34,861 bases of DNA from Ministeria vibrans ATCC 50519 (lineage: Eukaryota > Protista > Filasterea): contig CALSCP010002654.1 in the NCBI GenBank assembly GCA_943704425.1, positions 1 to 34,861 of the forward strand, read 5' to 3'. The position numbers were made by a program, and so were the translations under genes. Below, one piece after another: positions 32,851 to 34,861 of the stretch. A model generated the notes under the pieces. It was not told the DNA's origin, ran no database searches, and saw only the letters and a list, made by a program, of their open reading frames with translations. Numbering within the stretch: position 1 is the first letter of the stretch; every line of letters begins with the position of its first letter.

Positions 32851-33890
32851 TGAGCACAGAGGAGGCTGAGAGAGATGCGCTTGGTGAGCTTGTGGCGGTG
32901 GTGGTCGTCGTTGTTTGTGTGGCTGGACGTCGCTTGGATTGTTTCTTGGCCTTTTTCGCTTGGGCACGCATTTCGCGCTCTCGTTCGTCGTCGCTAAAGT
33001 CCTCTTCGCCCGCCGGTGGCTCTTCGTCGTACCGCCAGGAGGCATCGCACCCAACAGGTTGGCTCTTGCGCACCCGCTCGGCAAAGACGAACTGCGTCGA
33101 GTCGACTGTGGGCGCACAAAAGACACTCGAGCCCATCGCAATGGAGCTCACCACTGCATTGTCTTGTGGGTTGATCCGTATCGCATAGAACGGCTGCGAG
33201 ACCTGTCCAAATACGTCAAAAACCTTGCCTAGTGCTAGATCCGCTCGGAGCCATAGCCACGAATCGGTGTCGAGTGCTTTCGTGTCGGCTCGTGACTCCT
33301 ACACAACACAGAGGGCATCAGGTGTTTGTTGTGTTGTGTTTTGAGTTGCTTACAACGACCACCATAGAGTCAACAATGCTGGAAATCTTTCCAACAAGCA
33401 TGAGGTCATCTTGAGTGACGCGAGGGGATGCATGGTGACTTTCTGGCGGTGGGAGATCCTAAGGAAGGTAAGGATTGAGCGCGCTTGATCTGCGCACCAA
33501 TCTGATCTTCACCTGTACGAGGAGCTCGTTCTCCGTCTTGGGAGGTCCGTGAAAGGCTTGACCCTCGACCTCGTCGTCGGCAAGTAGATCGTCCAGGGCA
33601 CTCATGGGCAGGCGCAGAATGTCGTCGTCACTGTCGCTGTCGTCTCCATTTTCGCTGTGAGCATCGTTGCTTGAGTCGTGTGGCGCATTCGACGCTCTGA
33701 CATCCATCTCATCTTCTTCGTCGTCTGCCTCGACACCCGCCATCTCGACATCGTCGTGATCAGAGGTGTCTACGGCCATCGTCGCTTCGCCACGAGATTC
33801 GTCCATCGCCATGTTGTCTGACGTCGACGCCTCCATTTGCATCGGTCGGTCGGGAGCAGGGTCCGCCTCCATGGAAAAGGAGGGGTCCAT
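32732..33890 (-). CDS. NAF1: H/ACA snoRNP assembly factor NAF1
   Basis: Acidic N-terminus, PPKTENELL, VGKISSIVDSMVV, LGKVFDVFGQVSQPFYAIR (Gar1/Naf1 domain) and the NAF1-specific GCDASWRYDEEPP..EEDFSDDERERE. Confidence 0.92.
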
Positions 33891-34056
33891 GGCAAAAGAG
33901 AGGGAGAGAGAGGGAGAGGGAGAGGGAAGGAAAGAGTGAACTGGTGTGAATGGATTGATCAGATTTGAGATTTCTCATTCAAACATCTACATAAATAAAT
34001 TATTACACATTTCTGAGCTTTCTCTCTCCTTCCACCAATCCCCTCTCTCCTGCACA

Positions 34057-34861
34057 ATGAACGGCACCCAAGAACACGTGGCCGACGCCTCGTCCGACAC
34101 CGTCTCCGCTGCTGCCGTGGCTGCCGCTGCTGCCGCTGCGTCTGTCGCCGCTCCCGCTCCCGTTGCCGCTCCCGTCGCGGTTCCTACGGATTCTTTGACT
34201 GCTGTCCAGAAGGATCCCGATGCTCTTAAGCTCTTTATCGGCCAGGTAGAGTATTTTTTTTTTTTTTTTTTGAAATCGATCATTGGACACATTTTGCTCA
34301 TTTCCGGCTCACGCGCGCTCTACACGCGCATCGTCTCCCCCCCGCTTCATTCCTTACCTCAACGTACTCCTCTGACGATGTTCTTCCGCCGACAATTCTT
34401 CCAGATTTTCTCGCAATGAGCCGATGTCTAATTCTTTTTCTTTTTTTTTTGTCGTGCACGCTGCAGCTGCCCAAGGCCATGTCGGAGGCGGAGGTGAAGG
34501 ACATCTTTGCGCCCTTTGGACCCATTGCTGAGTTTATGATCCTCAAGGACAAGTTCACCGGGACTTCCAAAGGTACGCCAGTGCGCATGCGAGGGTGTGT
34601 GGGAGTGCGTTGCCGCTCCTGCCGTGTCCTTCGCGAACCGTCGTGACCGCCGTCCTTTGCTCTCTCTCCCCTCAGGTTGCGGCTTTGTGACCTTTGCGAA
34701 GCGCGAGTCTGCCAAGGAAGCCATGAGTGCGCTCCACGAACAGATGACTCTGCCCGGCATGCAGAACCAGGCACGACAGACACCCCACAAAAACCAACGC
34801 AACAATCATTTCTCTGACCTTTTTTCAACTGTTGCACCGCGCCGGAAACCGGGGTAGGGTC
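34057..34861 (+). CDS. CELF: CELF/Bruno-like RNA-binding protein, 5' part (RRM1); continues beyond the window
   Basis: Spliced [12 protein letters not shown]|[36 protein letters not shown]|[28 protein letters not shown] matches CELF3-6 RRM1 (KDHDAIKLFVGQIP..LKDRFTG..KGCAF..SALHEQKTLPGM). Confidence 0.93.

Overview
Gene-dense eukaryotic genomic DNA with short spliceosomal introns, intronic microsatellites and two small N-gaps. It is not prokaryotic, so most of the ORF track is exon fragments or shadow ORFs. The gene set (ERM/merlin, kaptin, alsin-like, CELF, a Notch-type EGF array) and 50-400 bp intergenic spacers suggest a compact-genome unicellular holozoan; this is inference. I spliced 12 protein-coding genes by eye: KPTN(-), SGF29(+), ERM/merlin-family(-), secreted GH99/GH71-like protein(+), signal peptide-BTB-pentapeptide-ARM-2TM protein(+), giant EGF-repeat type I membrane protein(-), ALS2-like Rab GEF(-), small secreted PKD-domain protein(+), ACOT9(-), Nudix-DUSP12/Yvh1 fusion(+), NAF1(-), and the 5' part of a CELF RRM gene(+). 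Best candidates for new biology: (1) a ~42-EGF receptor carrying Notch-type O-glycosylation motifs whose juxtamembrane module is a ZU5-like domain ending in an HFS autoproteolysis motif; (2) an in-frame Nudix hydrolase-Yvh1/DUSP12 fusion; (3) a very long BTB-pentapeptide-ARM protein with apparent secretory topology. Family assignments come from remembered motifs, not database searches. No tRNA, rRNA, CRISPR array or intact mobile element was recognised.
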